DNA from: Octopus sinensis | Taxonomy: Eukaryota | Direction: 5' to 3' | NCBI RefSeq assembly: GCF_006345805.1 | Contig: NC_042997.1 | Coordinates: 78,554,001 to 78,618,000, forward strand | Length of the DNA stretch: 64,000 nucleotides | Shown: positions 24,757 through 43,224 of the stretch, piece after piece | How positions within the stretch are numbered: position 1 is the stretch's first letter | How the letters are laid out: each line of letters starts with the position of its first letter | The notes under the pieces: model-generated | Told to the model about the DNA's origin: nothing | The model's database searches: none | What the model saw: only the letters and a program-made list of their open reading frames with translations | Program-made: the position numbers and the translations under genes

Positions 24757-24895
24757 TCCGCCAAGGTTTGTTTTGCTTTCATCCTTTCGGGGTCGATGAA
24801 TTAAGTACCAGTTGAGTACTGGGATCGATGTAATCGACTGATCCCCTCCCAAAAAATTTCAGACCTTCTGCCTATAGTAGAAAGGATTATTATTA
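24757..24895 (+). mobile_element. SINE 3' half
   Basis: CTTTCATCCTTTCGGGGTCGAT...GTAGAAAGGATTATT, homologous to 695-909 and 46079-46250. Confidence 0.75.
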
Positions 24896-24931
24896 TTATT
24901 ATTATTATTGAGTGAGAGAGCAGTTCATGCC

Positions 24932-25014
<83 letters not shown>

Positions 25015-25029
25015 TTATTATTATTATTA

Positions 25030-25400
25030 CTAGCACTATGACCCGACAACGCCGGGTCATAATGCTAGTGCATGCATATACAGCTGCGTGCGTGCGCACA
25101 TACACGCAAGTACTGTCCAAATCTCCGACCAATCACATACAGCTAGCTGGCATTCAATTGGCGTATCAAGTTTAGGGCATTTTGATTGGGTTTTGGATAG
25201 AAAATTCACAAAAAAGTCACTTCTATTGGTTTTTAATGGTTTTTTGGGGTGACTGGGGAAATGTAAAGATGTACACGACCACTCTTGGACGGTTTTGAAT
25301 GACCATAGAAAGCGCGAGCCCTCTAACTGAAAAATTGTGGATTTGTATAAAGGATATACACACACACAGACAGACATTTTGCTGTTTATATATAGAGAGA
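25030..25400 (-). mobile_element. Short non-autonomous Helitron-like element
   Basis: 5' TCTCTCTATATATAAACAGC at 25400; 3' CCCGG/CGGG hairpin and CTAG at 25030-25068. Confidence 0.65.
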
Positions 25401-25429
25401 TTATTGTTGTTGTTGTTGTTATTACTGCT

Positions 25430-26645
25430 TGATAAGGTTGGAACGTCTCTTATTTAAATTCTTGTGGAAGGAACGCGTTCCAATGGTCGGTGAGCGTATG
25501 TGGGCTCCGTTTGTAAGGCTCGTCTTTCCGCAGCTCGTCTCCTTGACGGAGTTGCAGGTGTAAGTAAAAAAAAAAGAGTGGGACTGGGCGCCGACACCTA
25601 GAATGTCGTCAGGCGTCGACAACCCTCTACCAGTCAGACAGTAAGATCGGTGGATGATCCGTTTTAGAAATTTATAAAAGATTAGTGGTGGGGGTGTGCG
25701 GCGACTTTCTCGGGGAGACTCTGGGCTCTGACGAAAACGAACTGGCTAGTCTGTTCCGGAGGACTTTCCGGTCGGGAACTATCATGGATAATTTCCAGAT
25801 GTCCTTCGCCTGACAGTGCCTCCGGGGAGACGCTATTGGTTTGAGATAAATTCTACAAGCACGGTTGTGCTGTCAGACGGACTTGTCCGAGGTGCGCACA
25901 GAGTGGCGAAACCGTTCTGCACGCCGTCGTTCAGTGTCCGGGCATTGCTGACTTGTGGGGTTATGTCGAACAGCTGTTGTTACGTGTGGAACGGATCGGT
26001 CTGTCGGCCGAGTCTTTAGTGATAATTGCACCGCCACCCTCCTTCAATCGAGCAGGCAAAGCAGTTTTCCTTGGCCAGGTGACTGTGGAGAAAGACGTTG
26101 TTTGGTGGACAAGGCATGAGAACAGATACATTCCTCTTTGGTAGAGCTCTCACGTGAAAAGGAAATTGAGAACGGAGAGGGAAGTGTTTTCCTCGAGTGA
26201 GCTTATTGAAAAGCGAATGAAAGTTGCGAGTATGCTATATCTATGATCCAGCATAGTTTGTTTTCTTTCTCAATTAAGACTATGTCTGGCTTCCTATTCT
26301 CTATCTCATGGTCGCACTGAATCATAAAATGCCATAAGATTTCTATTTGCATTTCTACTCTCTAAGGTAGACCTGTGAACTTGCTCCTAGGGTTTCAGGG
26401 AAATCTCGGACAGTGGGATCCCTCGATTATCCTGAGAGGCCTTCAAGAGGGGGTCACATCTCCATCATCTTCCTCCCCGCCATCTTTTTTTTAACTTTTG
26501 TATGCTATGCATGTCACTTTTTTTCAGTGAATACCGTGTGTACTAACTTTTGTTTATCATTTCATTATATGTAAACCGCCACACCTTATGTCTGTCTCTG
26601 TATTGTCCCCCTCATCCTTCGCCCTTGTGGCAAATAATGAAATCA
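25430..26645 (+). mobile_element. L1/Tx1-like LINE 3' fragment (zf-RVT region and 3' UTR)
   Basis: CPRCAQSGETVLHAVVQCPGIADLWGYVEQLL (CCHC motif). The 3' end CTTGTGGCAAATAATGAAATC runs into (ATC)n. Confidence 0.7.
26228..26357. repeat. Exact 130-bp copy of 27073-27202
   Basis: Base-by-base comparison shows identity. Confidence 0.92.
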
Positions 26646-26690
26646 CCATCATCAGCATCAGCATCATCATCATCCTCATCATCATCATCA

Positions 26691-26766
<76 letters not shown>

Positions 26767-26767
<1 letters not shown>

Positions 26768-28640
26768 TCCTTTTCACAACTTCTAACTGTTCACTACCAG
26801 TGAACTAAGGTAACACCTCTTATTTTTCGAGCACCTTCCGGAGTATTCGAGCGGTTCCAAGCAGTGCTGTTTTCTGCAAGTGCTCCACCCTTATTGTAAC
26901 TCCTATTTGTTCCACTTACTTCTTGAGATCTTTGCTCACTGTTCCCAGGGCTCCGGCAATTATCAGTACTACTGCTTCCCTTTTCATCGGCCACAACTGC
27001 TTAACTTCCCAAGCTAACCTGTCATATCTCTCCACTTTTCTTTCTTCCTTATCGCATACCTTGTTGTCAGCTGAGTATGCTATATCTATGATCCAGCATA
27101 GTTTGTTTTCTTTCTCAATTAAGACTATGTCTGGCTTCCTATTCTCTATCTCATGGTCGCACTGAATCATAAAATGCCATAAGATTTCTATTTGCATTTC
27201 TATTTTCGACGATGCCTTCAGGTTTGTGGTAGTACCAATCTTTTGCTCTGTCAAGTTCATACTTGTTGCAAAGTGTCCAATGGACAAGCCTGGCTATATT
27301 GTCGTGCTGTCTCTTATATTCCTTCTGGGCTAGTGGCGCACATTGGCTGGTAATATGCTATACGGTGTCACCGTTTTGTCCACAGATTCTGCACTTATCA
27401 CTTTCTGATGTGTTATCTATTTTGTATTTTATGTAGTTTGTTCTCAGTGCTTGTCTTGGGCAGCACAGATTAGCGCCTCCGTTTCCGGTTTTAAATCACT
27501 TTTAGTCATCCACAGCCAGTTGTTTCTCTGTCTGTCTTATCTTCAACATCCCCATGTAATTGTCCATGCATTCTTTTCTTTATACACCTATTTTTAGTTT
27601 CATTCATTCTCAAGTGCTTGTACAGTGCTTTACCTTTGCAATCTTTCATCCTACACAAGCCTGACCTTCTTACTTCTAATAATAGCGGTTCTGTGGCATT
27701 TTTTACATACCATGCTATGTTGTTTTTGTCTACTCTAATGCTGTGTTCGCATCCAGTAAGTCTTCTTCCCCCTCTTTTTCTTCGTACATACAGTCTGTCT
27801 GTGTCATTTTTTGGGTGGAGTAGCCCATATCTAGTTAGCAACTTCCTTGTCTTTCTGTCTAAGCTGTTTAGTTCGTTTACTGTCCATCCGATTACCCCTG
27901 CTCCATATCTAAGGAGTGAAGACCAGGTGTTGATAGCTTCAATCTTATTCTGTCCGTTTAATTTCGACTTAAGGATCAGTCTCAGTCTGCGCAAGTGTTC
28001 CACCTTAAATTTTTCTGTCATTTCTTCCTCCATCAATTTATCCATTTCCAATATCCCCAAGTACTTATAGCCCATCTCTTCGGCTTCATAACCTCCTCCG
28101 ACGGTATTGATAGCCCGTCCATACATTTGATTTTACTTCTCTTCAAGACTAATATACCACACTTTCTCAGTCCGAACTCCATTCCGATATCAGCACTGGA
28201 AGTGTACACCGTATCAACGAGGGAACTGACTTGGGCTTCATCTTTACCATAAAGTTTTGAGGTCATCCATAAATAACAAATGGTTGACTTTTTGTTGGCG
28301 GCTTTTGAATACATACCAAGCTTTTACGTTCCTCAGAATCAGTGTTAGTGGTATCAAGCACAGTACAAAGATCAGTGGGCACAGGCAGTTCACTTGGATG
28401 GTACCCCTCCTGATTTCTACTGTCCCTAAACTTCTTCCGTATGCTGTCATGTCCGTCCTCCAATTCACCATACTTTTTCCAAGCAATCGTTCAACGTTCG
28501 ATGCAATACCAAATAGGTTCATACACTCCATAATCCAAGAATGTGGGATCATATCGTACGCCTTACTATAGTCGATCCATGACATGGCTACTTTTCCTCC
28601 TCTTGCTGTTTCTAAGTACAGTTTTATCTATCAGGAGTTG
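26767..28640 (-). mobile_element. R4/Dong-like LINE (RT to RLE), degenerate
   Basis: WIDYSKAYDMIPHSWI; HLLFMDDLK; YKYLGILE; NRKPDIV...IIDIA...ALGTVSK. The 3' end abuts (TAA)n. Confidence 0.88.
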
Positions 28641-28643
28641 ATC

Positions 28644-28647
<4 letters not shown>

Positions 28648-28698
<51 letters not shown>

Positions 28699-28878
28699 GA
28701 AGAAGAAGAAGAAGAAGAAGAAGAAGAAGCAAAGAAGAAGAAGAAGAAGAAGAAGAAGAAAAAGAAGAAGAATAAGAAGAAGTAAAAGAAGAAGAAGAGG
28801 AAGAGGAAGGAGAAAAAGAAGAAGAAGAAGAAGAAGAAGAAGAAGAAGAAGAAGAAGAAGAAGAAGAAGAAGAAGAAA
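28648..28878. repeat. (TAT)n followed by (GAA)n
   Basis: Direct reading. Confidence 0.95.
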
Positions 28879-28879
28879 A

Positions 28880-29065
28880 GGAGGCTGTAGTAAAGGTGGA
28901 GGACTTGCAGAAAACACCACTGCTTGGAACTGCTCGAATACTCTGGATGGTGCTCGAAAAATAAGGAGTGTTACCTTATATCACTGATAGTGAACAGCTG
29001 ACACCGTAGTACATCTCCAGTGTTAGAAGCTGTGCAAAGACAACAACAGCAACAACAACAACAAC

Positions 29066-29133
<68 letters not shown>

Positions 29134-29325
29134 CCCGGTGACAACAGGATCAATGTGAAAGAAGAAAAAGTAACTGACGGTTTGAAGTGAGAAATTCGAA
29201 GGTTGTGATCAATGAAGAGAGTACACATAATACCAGTAGTAATTGGTGCACCTGGAACTATCGGCACTCAGCTACCAACATGGCTGAAAAAGATTGGTGC
29301 AACTCTGAAGGTTGAACACCTACAA
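28880..29325 (+). mobile_element. Two short R4/Dong-like RLE 3' fragments (28880-29040, 29133-29325) separated by (CAA)/(TAA)n
   Basis: LQKTPLLGTARILWMVLEK*; IIPVVIGAPGTIGTQLPTWLKKIG. Confidence 0.75.
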
Positions 29326-29711
29326 ATAATAATTATTATCTATTTTGTTCATCATGAAGGAATACGTGTGTGCTCAACATTATTCTATTTATTTTATTCA
29401 GTCTTATACAAATTCTAGCATGGCAATTCTGGAGCGTATTGAACTTATTTTATGTATTTTCACCTCTTCTTAGATATGACAACTTAATTATTTTCTCACT
29501 ATAACATTCTAAGCCCCTCCCATTAATTGTATTTATAACCATGTTTGTCTGTTTTGAAATGACATGTTTGGGCTGTCTTCTCATAAAGCATGAACTTGCA
29601 TAATCATCGTATGTACATGCATTCCAGCATTTAACTATCCCATCATTGTAGCTGGATCATAAATGTGAAAGCAACATCATTCTTTTGTTTGTTTTATATG
29701 TGCATACGTAT

Positions 29712-29770
<59 letters not shown>

Positions 29771-30013
29771 AGAAGTCAGGTATTTTAGAGGAGCGGTTAA
29801 ATTGATAACATACACCCCAGTGCTCAACAGCTTCCAACCCTCTCCGAAATTGTTGGCCTTGTACAAAAAATTGAAATCAGTTTAAGGCGGTGCTCCAGCA
29901 TGGCTAAAGTCAAATGACTGAAACAAGTAAAATAATCAAAGAAGATATATATATATATACGTTTAAATATTTGTTGTGCAAGATTTTTTATGTGAAGTCG
30001 TGTGTTGAAACAG

Positions 30014-30148
30014 ATATTGTTGTATTTAGGAATGGTCATTTTGCCAGTTTAGCCAAATAACACTGAAGCAAAGTAACACCAAATATATAGTGCGTGTGTT
30101 TTTTATTGGCTAAACTGGCAAAATGACCATTCCTAAATACAACAATAT
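30014..30148. repeat. Perfect 42-bp inverted repeat (30014-30055 / 30107-30148)
   Basis: ATATTGTTGTATTTAGGAATGGTCATTTTGCCAGTTTAGCCA and its exact reverse complement. A partial copy lies at ~10120-10150. Confidence 0.9.
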
Positions 30149-30233
30149 ATATATATATATATATAGTAGGTCCCGGGTTGATTCGGGGTTAACCACAGTA
30201 AATAAGGTACTCAATACATAGCAGAGTAAAATT

Positions 30234-34449
<4,216 letters not shown>

Positions 34450-34481
34450 TATATATATATATATATATATTTTTATTTATA

Positions 34482-34513
<32 letters not shown>

Positions 34514-35255
34514 CTAACTAACTCACCCCCTCCTCCCCCCTCACCTATCCTTTCTCCCCCCCGACCCCTACTTCTTGTCCTTCACACCTTTCACCCCTAC
34601 TCCCCTTCCCTTCTTCCTCCCCTTTCTCCCTCCCTCTTCCCCTTCCCTCTGCTCCCTCACTCCCTCTCTCCCCTCCCTTCTCCTCTCCCCTCATCCCCTT
34701 CCTTCTCCCCCATCCTCTCCTCTCCCCCTTCTCCTCCCCCTCTTCTTCCCCTCCCCTTCTCCCCCTCTTCTCCCCCTCCCCTCTTCTTCCCCGTCCCCCT
34801 CTTCTCCTCACTACACCACATGACTTTACACATCACATCACATATGATGTGCCATACTAATACACACACCAACTAATACATACTAATACGTACTAATACA
34901 TACTAGTACATACTAATACTTACACCAACCCTATACATACACACGTCCAGACCCCGCATACGCACTTATACTCTCTCACACACACACAACACACACCTAT
35001 ACATACCAATACGTACTAATACATACTAATACATACTAATACATACACCAACCCCATACATACGCACGTCCAGACCAATCTTACGCACTAATACTCTCTC
35101 ATACACACACACACACACAACCCTTATACATACTAATACATACACCAACCCTATACATACACACATCCAGACCCCCTCCCACGCACTTTTAGCTGGTCCC
35201 TCAACCCATTTATCAACCCTATTATCTCCCCTTATTTCGCTCTCGCGTCTCATTT

Positions 35256-35490
35256 TTGATCTTTGACCTCTGGCCGAAATCAGATCGCCATGTTGATTCG
35301 TTAGCTACTGCACGCATTTTTCTTCTCTCCTTCTTTCTGTGTTTTTCTCTCTCTGTGTATCTTTCTGTTGAAGAGCGTAGGCTCGAAACGTTAAAGACTT
35401 GTTTTTATTTATATTTCCTGAGCGCCATACTAATACAATTGTTCGTTTGTTTTCCACCTGCCTTCGTCTTTTGTTTATTTTCATAAAGCT
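35256..35490 (+). mobile_element. PLE pLTR-like family 1 copy with hammerhead motif at 35360-35397
   Basis: Same TCTTT-CTGTTGA-A-GAGC/GCTC-GAAACGTT-AAAGA arrangement as 4355-4392. Confidence 0.7.
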
Positions 35491-35493
35491 TCC

Positions 35494-35579
<86 letters not shown>

Positions 35580-35722
35580 TATATATATATACATATAGTG
35601 TATATATATATACATATAGTGTATATATATATATACATATAGTGGGTGAGGCAATTCGTTGCTAAACCCTTAATTGCTTAGTAATATACATATATATATA
35701 TATATATTATATATATATATAT

Positions 35723-35760
<38 letters not shown>

Positions 35761-36002
35761 TTTTCTTTTTTCTCTTTGCTATTTCTCTATCTTTCTCCTC
35801 TCCCTCTCTCCCCTCCTCCCTTTCTTTCTTTTTTTGTCTTTCTCCTTTTTCTAAACAAAACAAAACAGCATCCTCTTTTCGATTTATATAAAAGACTAAA
35901 GAAATTTTCGGTGCACCATATCTGAGGAGTCAGATTGAACGGACAAAAGCGCTAATAAAGAATTATACAAAATTCTGACTGCCTCTTCTTTATATATATA
36001 TA

Positions 36003-36075
<73 letters not shown>

Positions 36076-36096
36076 GAGACAGACAGAGAGAAAGAT

Positions 36097-36220
36097 GTAT
36101 TTGCATAGCGAATGACTTGATCTGAGATCGTGTGCTTGAACGAAAACAATTGCAGAGCGTGGAAAGTGTTTATAAGCCATTTAAGAAACACACAAAAACC
36201 GTTAGATTCACGCTGCAATT
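36097..36220 (+). mobile_element. Partial pLTR family 2 copy (lacks the hammerhead)
   Basis: Homologous to 15586-15660 and to the reverse complement of 15780-15900. Confidence 0.7.
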
Positions 36221-37104
36221 ATATATATATATATATATATCTATATATTATATATTCTATATATATATATACAATTGTCGAAGTTTTGAAATAGTGTGTT
36301 ACAATCCAATAAGTTGGAAAAATATTTTACGCTTATGTGTTCTTTTTCAAAACTCTTCAATCACGGTCTTCGAATAAAAGCTATAACTGGCTATCAGGTA
36401 TACGCTCCCCCAACTCCAGCCCCCAATCACCGGTAAGCTCATCAGAAGGAATATCTCATATTGAGCTCCTCTTGAGATTAATGTGAAAATTTGAGTGCGG
36501 TTAATTGAAAATACTTCTGAAAAATATGCTTGATCTGTAGTTTAGTGAGGAAATGTCAAGGTTGCGAATAGATTTATAATTCATCTAATTGTTTTGTGTT
36601 TATGCAAAAGATGAACCATATTAAACATCCCATAACTACAAGATGTTCATCAACTACTGTATACGCAATGCAAAGTAGTATAGTGGTTGCACAAAAGTAT
36701 TGTGGCTACGCAAAAGACAACATGGTGATAGATCTTTTAGCTTGCAATGCTAACTTAAAGCTCATACACGTGAAAAATTATCAACGATTCCCTGGCGAGG
36801 GAATCTGTCTTTCATTTAGTAAAAGTAAACAAAGGTTAGAGATAAGATCTAGTTCGGTGAACGGTAGACCATGATCAATTAGACAGACCACTTTACGATA
36901 TTGTATTTTAATAAAATAATACGGTAGAAAATGGGAATCAACATTTTTAGGATTTCAACTAAGATAATTTCCCATTAAAACTACGCTTAATTTATCAACT
37001 AATCTCGATTTTTAATTGATGATTTTATATTAAATTCATCGATCATTTAAACTTTTCGATATAACTGGCACACACACTCACATTCAAACACACACATTCA
37101 CACA

Positions 37105-37144
<40 letters not shown>

Positions 37145-37449
37145 TATGTGTGCAAGCGGAAACAAAACGATCTCAATACGTATCATGGCTGTATTGCTGA
37201 AAGTTTCGCTGACGCGTCTAATCCACTATGTAGCAGCCAGGAATTTTAAATAGGGCTTATTGCTATTGAGTGACAATGATATATGAGGTGTATTTCTATT
37301 AGTCAGTTTGGGTAACGCATCAGAAGACTAATAAACAACTGCTGGACAATGCATTGTGCAAATGTAGACTCTTAGCGCTTTAATTCCAGTAGAATTTTAG
37401 TAAATCTTCATTAAAAATTTTGAAATAGTGCTCTCAACTAATAGCTTAA

Positions 37450-37960
37450 AATTATCTAATAGGGGGTTCCATAAATAGCAGCAATATTATCGCCATTTTC
37501 CTTCTTAAGGAACACAGCAGGATGTTTCACTACATGTAGTTTCTCAGAGAGACAATGGTAGCATTCAGGCGTACAATGCGTATAAGGAGCTTTATCGAAG
37601 TTATACTGGGTAGGTAATTTCCTCCGTTTTTCAGTCATCCACTAAGCTTCAACTGGTGGTGCTATGAAACACCAGATCCGATATTATTTATTTTTCTTTT
37701 TTCTTGTTTTTTTTTCGGATTTTCTGAGTATAAGAAGCTCCGCAGGAGAGTGGTTATTACCTTCACACGTTTGGTTACTGGATTTCCTCCTCTGAGCCTC
37801 TAGTTTTATTTCTTTTTTATACACCAACGGAATAATTTTGTGGCCTCTGAGGGTCATCAGGATTTTCCTGTCCATGCAGATCAAACTTGACATCTTGTTT
37901 CGTGTTGCCATTAAGCTTAATACCTGTCCATAGCTTGCAGCAACGGTGAGGAGGAGCTAA
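37450..37960 (-). mobile_element. Penelope-like GIY-YIG/C-terminal remnant
   Basis: FDKAPYTHCTPECYHCLSEKLHVVKHP resembles PLE ILxRAxPYxxxxxxCxLCLxEK. Upstream QTCEGN resembles CPLxGNC. Confidence 0.5.
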
Positions 37961-38759
37961 GGTTAACATTACTGTCAATGTCCCTTACAGTTACCTTTAT
38001 ATTCAGTTGACTCATATATTACGGCATTAGCTTATATGCAAGTGTATGGTGCACACCTATTACTTTGCCTGGTCTTCATATATGTTTTTCAATATGCCCT
38101 ATCTTTATCAAAGGAAGCCACGCTATTCTGTACATTACCCAAGGCTTCTGTTAACTGCTACTTTAATGGTGCATAAAAGTCAGCTCCGATTTTCAAGTGA
38201 CAGAGGCATTTACTTTCCTCTTCTCTCATTTTCCCATGAAAATCTCAGGCAAAGAGATTTATCTCGCCTACATTTACCCTTGCTAGAACTGACCTATATT
38301 CAACATTTCTATCGGACTTACAACACTGAGAAAGTTGTTATTGCGTTCGTTGTTACTTATATACATTTTTGTTTTAACGTTTTTGTTTACGAATGTGCTT
38401 GTTTGTGGAATTGCTGAATATTTTGCATACTTTTAAAAGTGAAAATGTGTGTTCACTTGATTAAATGACATATTTTTTCTTTCAGTTTGTCTTTTTTTTT
38501 AAATTTGTGTTATTACTTCAACAATTTTTTTCCTTCAGGTATGATGAGTGCTACCTTGCCTGTAGATAGTATCTGCCTTCACTGCCCTAGAAATTGAAGC
38601 CATATTAAGATACAAGTAAACGAAAGCATACAATATTAATGTGCAAGTAGAAACCTCATTTTTAAACTGCAAAGTAAACAGAATGGATGCCTTCTATTGA
38701 TAAATAATACATGAAATGTATATTTTTTTTCAAGAACCCAACGTGCTAAGTCCAAATAT

Positions 38760-39815
38760 TTCAGGGAGTATCTTCTCATGACTAATATTGCACACTTATC
38801 TATGCCAAATTCCATGCCTGTATCTTTGCTGAAGAGTCTTACAGTCTGTATAAAGGAATCTATCTCTTTTTCATTCTTACTAAAAAGTTTTAGATCATCC
38901 AAGTAGAGCAAATGGTTAATTTTTCCATTGCTATTTCTGAACTGATACCCTGCCTTTGCCTTCCTTAATACTAAACTGAGAGGGATCAAACATAAGACAA
39001 CGAGTCCCCCTGGAAAATTCCCCTTTTGATATTAACTTTCCCTAAGGGTGTCACCTGAGGAGAGATCTACTTTCCATTTCTTCATGCTAAACCTAATTAA
39101 TTCTCATATGTTGTCTGCTATATTGAATATACTCAAACATACACTTATGTATGAGTGTGGGATCATGTCATAGGCTTTCCTATAATCTATCCATGCTATT
39201 GTTAGACTTTCCTTTCTAGCTATTACTTAATTTAGAACTGCTTTGTCTATATATAATAGATCGTGCGTTCCTCTAGACTTCTTCCTGCAGCCTTTCAGTT
39301 GTTTGACCTTAACCAGTTCTGCATGTCCGTTAGTGGCTGACGATATGTGCATCTCTGATCACGAGCAGAAGTAGTGGGGGAGCATCATAGCCATGTGTTG
39401 AGAGGAATCCTTTGGGGTTTGAATAATTTACCTCTGGGAATAGGGGTGTTTTGTTCATCATCCTTAAAACAAACCTTATTCAGGGACCTCTTGAGTGGGA
39501 TGAGCTACTCGACCTGAAGAAAATTCTAACTGGGCCCCGCCTGCAAGGTTATGCGCTGTTCTGGCAGTAAATTCTGGTTGTCAAGGTGTTCATAAATGCT
39601 TTCTGAAAGCATTCCTGTTAACAGATTCTACACTCATGCTAAGTGATTGGTCTATAGTTGCTAACTGTATCACTCTTGCTCTTATCCTTCAAAATGAGTA
39701 TTACCCTCCCTCTAATCATTCAGTCTGGTGTTATTCCTCCGTTAAGGCAATCCTGAATTTGTTCCCTCAGCCTCTCATGTAAACTACAGAATTTCTTTAG
39801 CCAGTACTTTTGAAC
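38760..39815 (-). mobile_element. R4/Dong-like RT fragment interrupted by a ~250-bp repeat (39300-39555)
   Basis: SNYRPIT; GCRKKSRGT; WIDYRKAYDMIPHS; GIFQGDSLS; HLLYLDDLKL. The frame resumes across the insert. Confidence 0.85.
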
Positions 39816-39828
39816 TATTATTATTATT

Positions 39829-39857
<29 letters not shown>

Positions 39858-39859
<2 letters not shown>

Positions 39860-40325
39860 TTTTTCCTTCTTTCTTCAAATTTTCTTCCGTTTCTCGCCGA
39901 GTGTTTTCCATACACCTAGGGCAGAGAAGCTTATTGTATGCATTCCCAGATTACACGCGCAAATTCACAGATAAAATATGTATTTAAAAATTAATAAATA
40001 AATAAATTCATGGATGGATGTTGTTTTTACAGCGATAATGCTCTTCTCAGTACATGAGCCGTTCCAGTTAATACGGTTTTTTGCACTTCCTGTAGGGGTG
40101 GTAAGCCTGGAATCATTTTCAAATAGGTTTCAGTACCTTTTTTTATCATTCGTAGAGATCCTACAATCCCTGGTACTGTAGTCGCCTTGAGATGCCACAT
40201 CTTTTCAATTTCTATTAGCAAGTCTTTATATTTACTAATCTTGCCAAATTCTTTCGCCGCTATATTGTGATCGCAAGGAATACTCATGTCAATTAATAAA
40301 CACACCTTTTTTGTATGATCTTTTA
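39858..40325 (-). mobile_element. R4/Dong-like RLE 3' fragment
   Basis: LIDMSIPCDHNIAAKEFGKISKYKDLLIEIEKMW; flanked by (TAA)n. Confidence 0.88.
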
Positions 40326-40361
40326 TAATAATAATAATAATAATAATCATCATCATCATCA

Positions 40362-41463
<1,102 letters not shown>

Positions 41464-41464
<1 letters not shown>

Positions 41465-43018
41465 TTGGTTTGGCTCAGGTTCAGTCTTATTCTTTGTAGG
41501 ATTTATCTGGGTAGCGGGTTTCTACCTGTAAACTTAGGCACCCACAAGTTTTCAGCTGTCTTTCAAGTGCTTACACTCCTGATAATCCTTGCTATCCCTA
41601 AGGGACAAACTTTTTGAGCATTCTCCTCCAGTCTCCTTCAGTCATTTGTCTACTTCTTTGCTTACTGTTCCCAACGCACCAATTATTATAAGCTCAATCT
41701 TTACTATTCTCATACACCAAATTCTTCCTATTTCAAATTTTAACGGGTTGTGTTTTTTTTTGTTTTTGTTTTCACATTTTTCGTCCTCTTTCTTTACGAT
41801 CCTGAAATCAAACGGGCATGATGGCTCGATAAGTAAGCAATTTCGCTTTTCCTTATCTATAATTGTTATGTCCGGTCTATTATTTTCAAGCTTCTTGTCC
41901 GTTTGAATAGGGAAGTCAAACAAAATCTTACATTTCTCTGGTTCCAGTACTCTTTCGACTCGGTGTTTGTATCATGTGTTTCCTGTTTCAAATTCCCGTT
42001 TCTGGCACATTTTCCAGTGTTAAACTTTTACAACATGGTCGTGCCTCCATTTATTATATTCTTCCTGTGCCCACTTGAAGCATTCTGTGACAATGTGTGC
42101 CACCGTCTCGTTCCAAGTTCCACATGTTCTACATTTTTTGACACATTTTCTCCATATGTATTTTTTCTCAAGTTGTTTTTATCACTTGATCTTGGGTTGT
42201 TATAATTAGGCTTTCTTTTTATTCTTTTAACTACCCCTTTCTTAACCAAACTCAGAATTTTGTTCCACATACGTCTTCCGTGGCTCTCCAAAATTTGCCA
42301 TGCAGGAGTTTCTCTTCAATCTGTCTGACGTACTCTCTTTGTATTTCATTCATATCCTTCTCTCCTCTTACGCGCTTGACCACCTGTTCTTTATTTACAA
42401 TCTTTAGTAGTTTTTCTGTGTTGCTCTGTAAATACTCTACTAGACTTTTTCCTTCCATCTGTACACATTCTTCTACTGCAATAGAGTCTCTTCGACCCTG
42501 GTCTCTCCTCAAGTAGAGCAGGTTGACATCAGCTTTCTGGTGGTGGGCTCCATACATTGTCAACAACATTCTACTTTTTCTGTCAATTTTCTTTATATCG
42601 TTTTTGGTCTAGTCTATAATTCCAACTCCATATCTGATTAAGGGTACTGCTCTTGAATTTATTGCTTCAGTAAGATATTTTAAATTCAGTCTTGACTGCA
42701 ATAATTTTCTTACTTTCCTTCTGTACTCCCCACTCGTCATTTGCTTCATTTCTTCATTTTTTTTATTTCGTCTGCATATACCACTGTCCTCTCTCAACAG
42801 CTCTCATTGTTTGTCCATTTAGGCATTTCAATTCCCTGGCTTTCAAATTGTCCTCGTTTTATTTTCGGTATAGTTCACTTTTCAATCCCAAATTTCATAC
42901 CTACGTCATTTGAGAAAATGCGGATTCTATGTCCAAGACTTTCAAGCTGTTTCTCATTTTTCGCATAAACCTTTATATCATCTATGAAAAGATGATTTAT
43001 CAGACCATTTCCTTAACC
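41464..43018 (-). mobile_element. R4/Dong-like LINE (late RT to RLE)
   Basis: GMKFGIEK; AINSRAVPLIRYG; DKLLHGKF-like segment; NNRPDITIIDK...IEPSCPFD...IGALGTVSK. Confidence 0.85.
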
Positions 43019-43086
43019 CAAATCGTAATCAATTTTAACTTTCCTTAGTATCATAGTGAGCGGTGTCATGACCAATGCGAATAGAA

Positions 43087-43125
<39 letters not shown>

Positions 43126-43165
43126 GTTGTTGTTGGTGGTGGTGGTGGTGGTGGTGTTGTTGTTG

Positions 43166-43200
<35 letters not shown>

Positions 43201-43224
43201 TTATGTTTGACTTTTGCTTTACAT

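Noticed and set aside
38470-38545. Polypyrimidine tract and CAG|GTATGA as a possible host splice site
   Set aside because: It reads equally as an acceptor or a donor, and there is no supportable adjacent exon frame.
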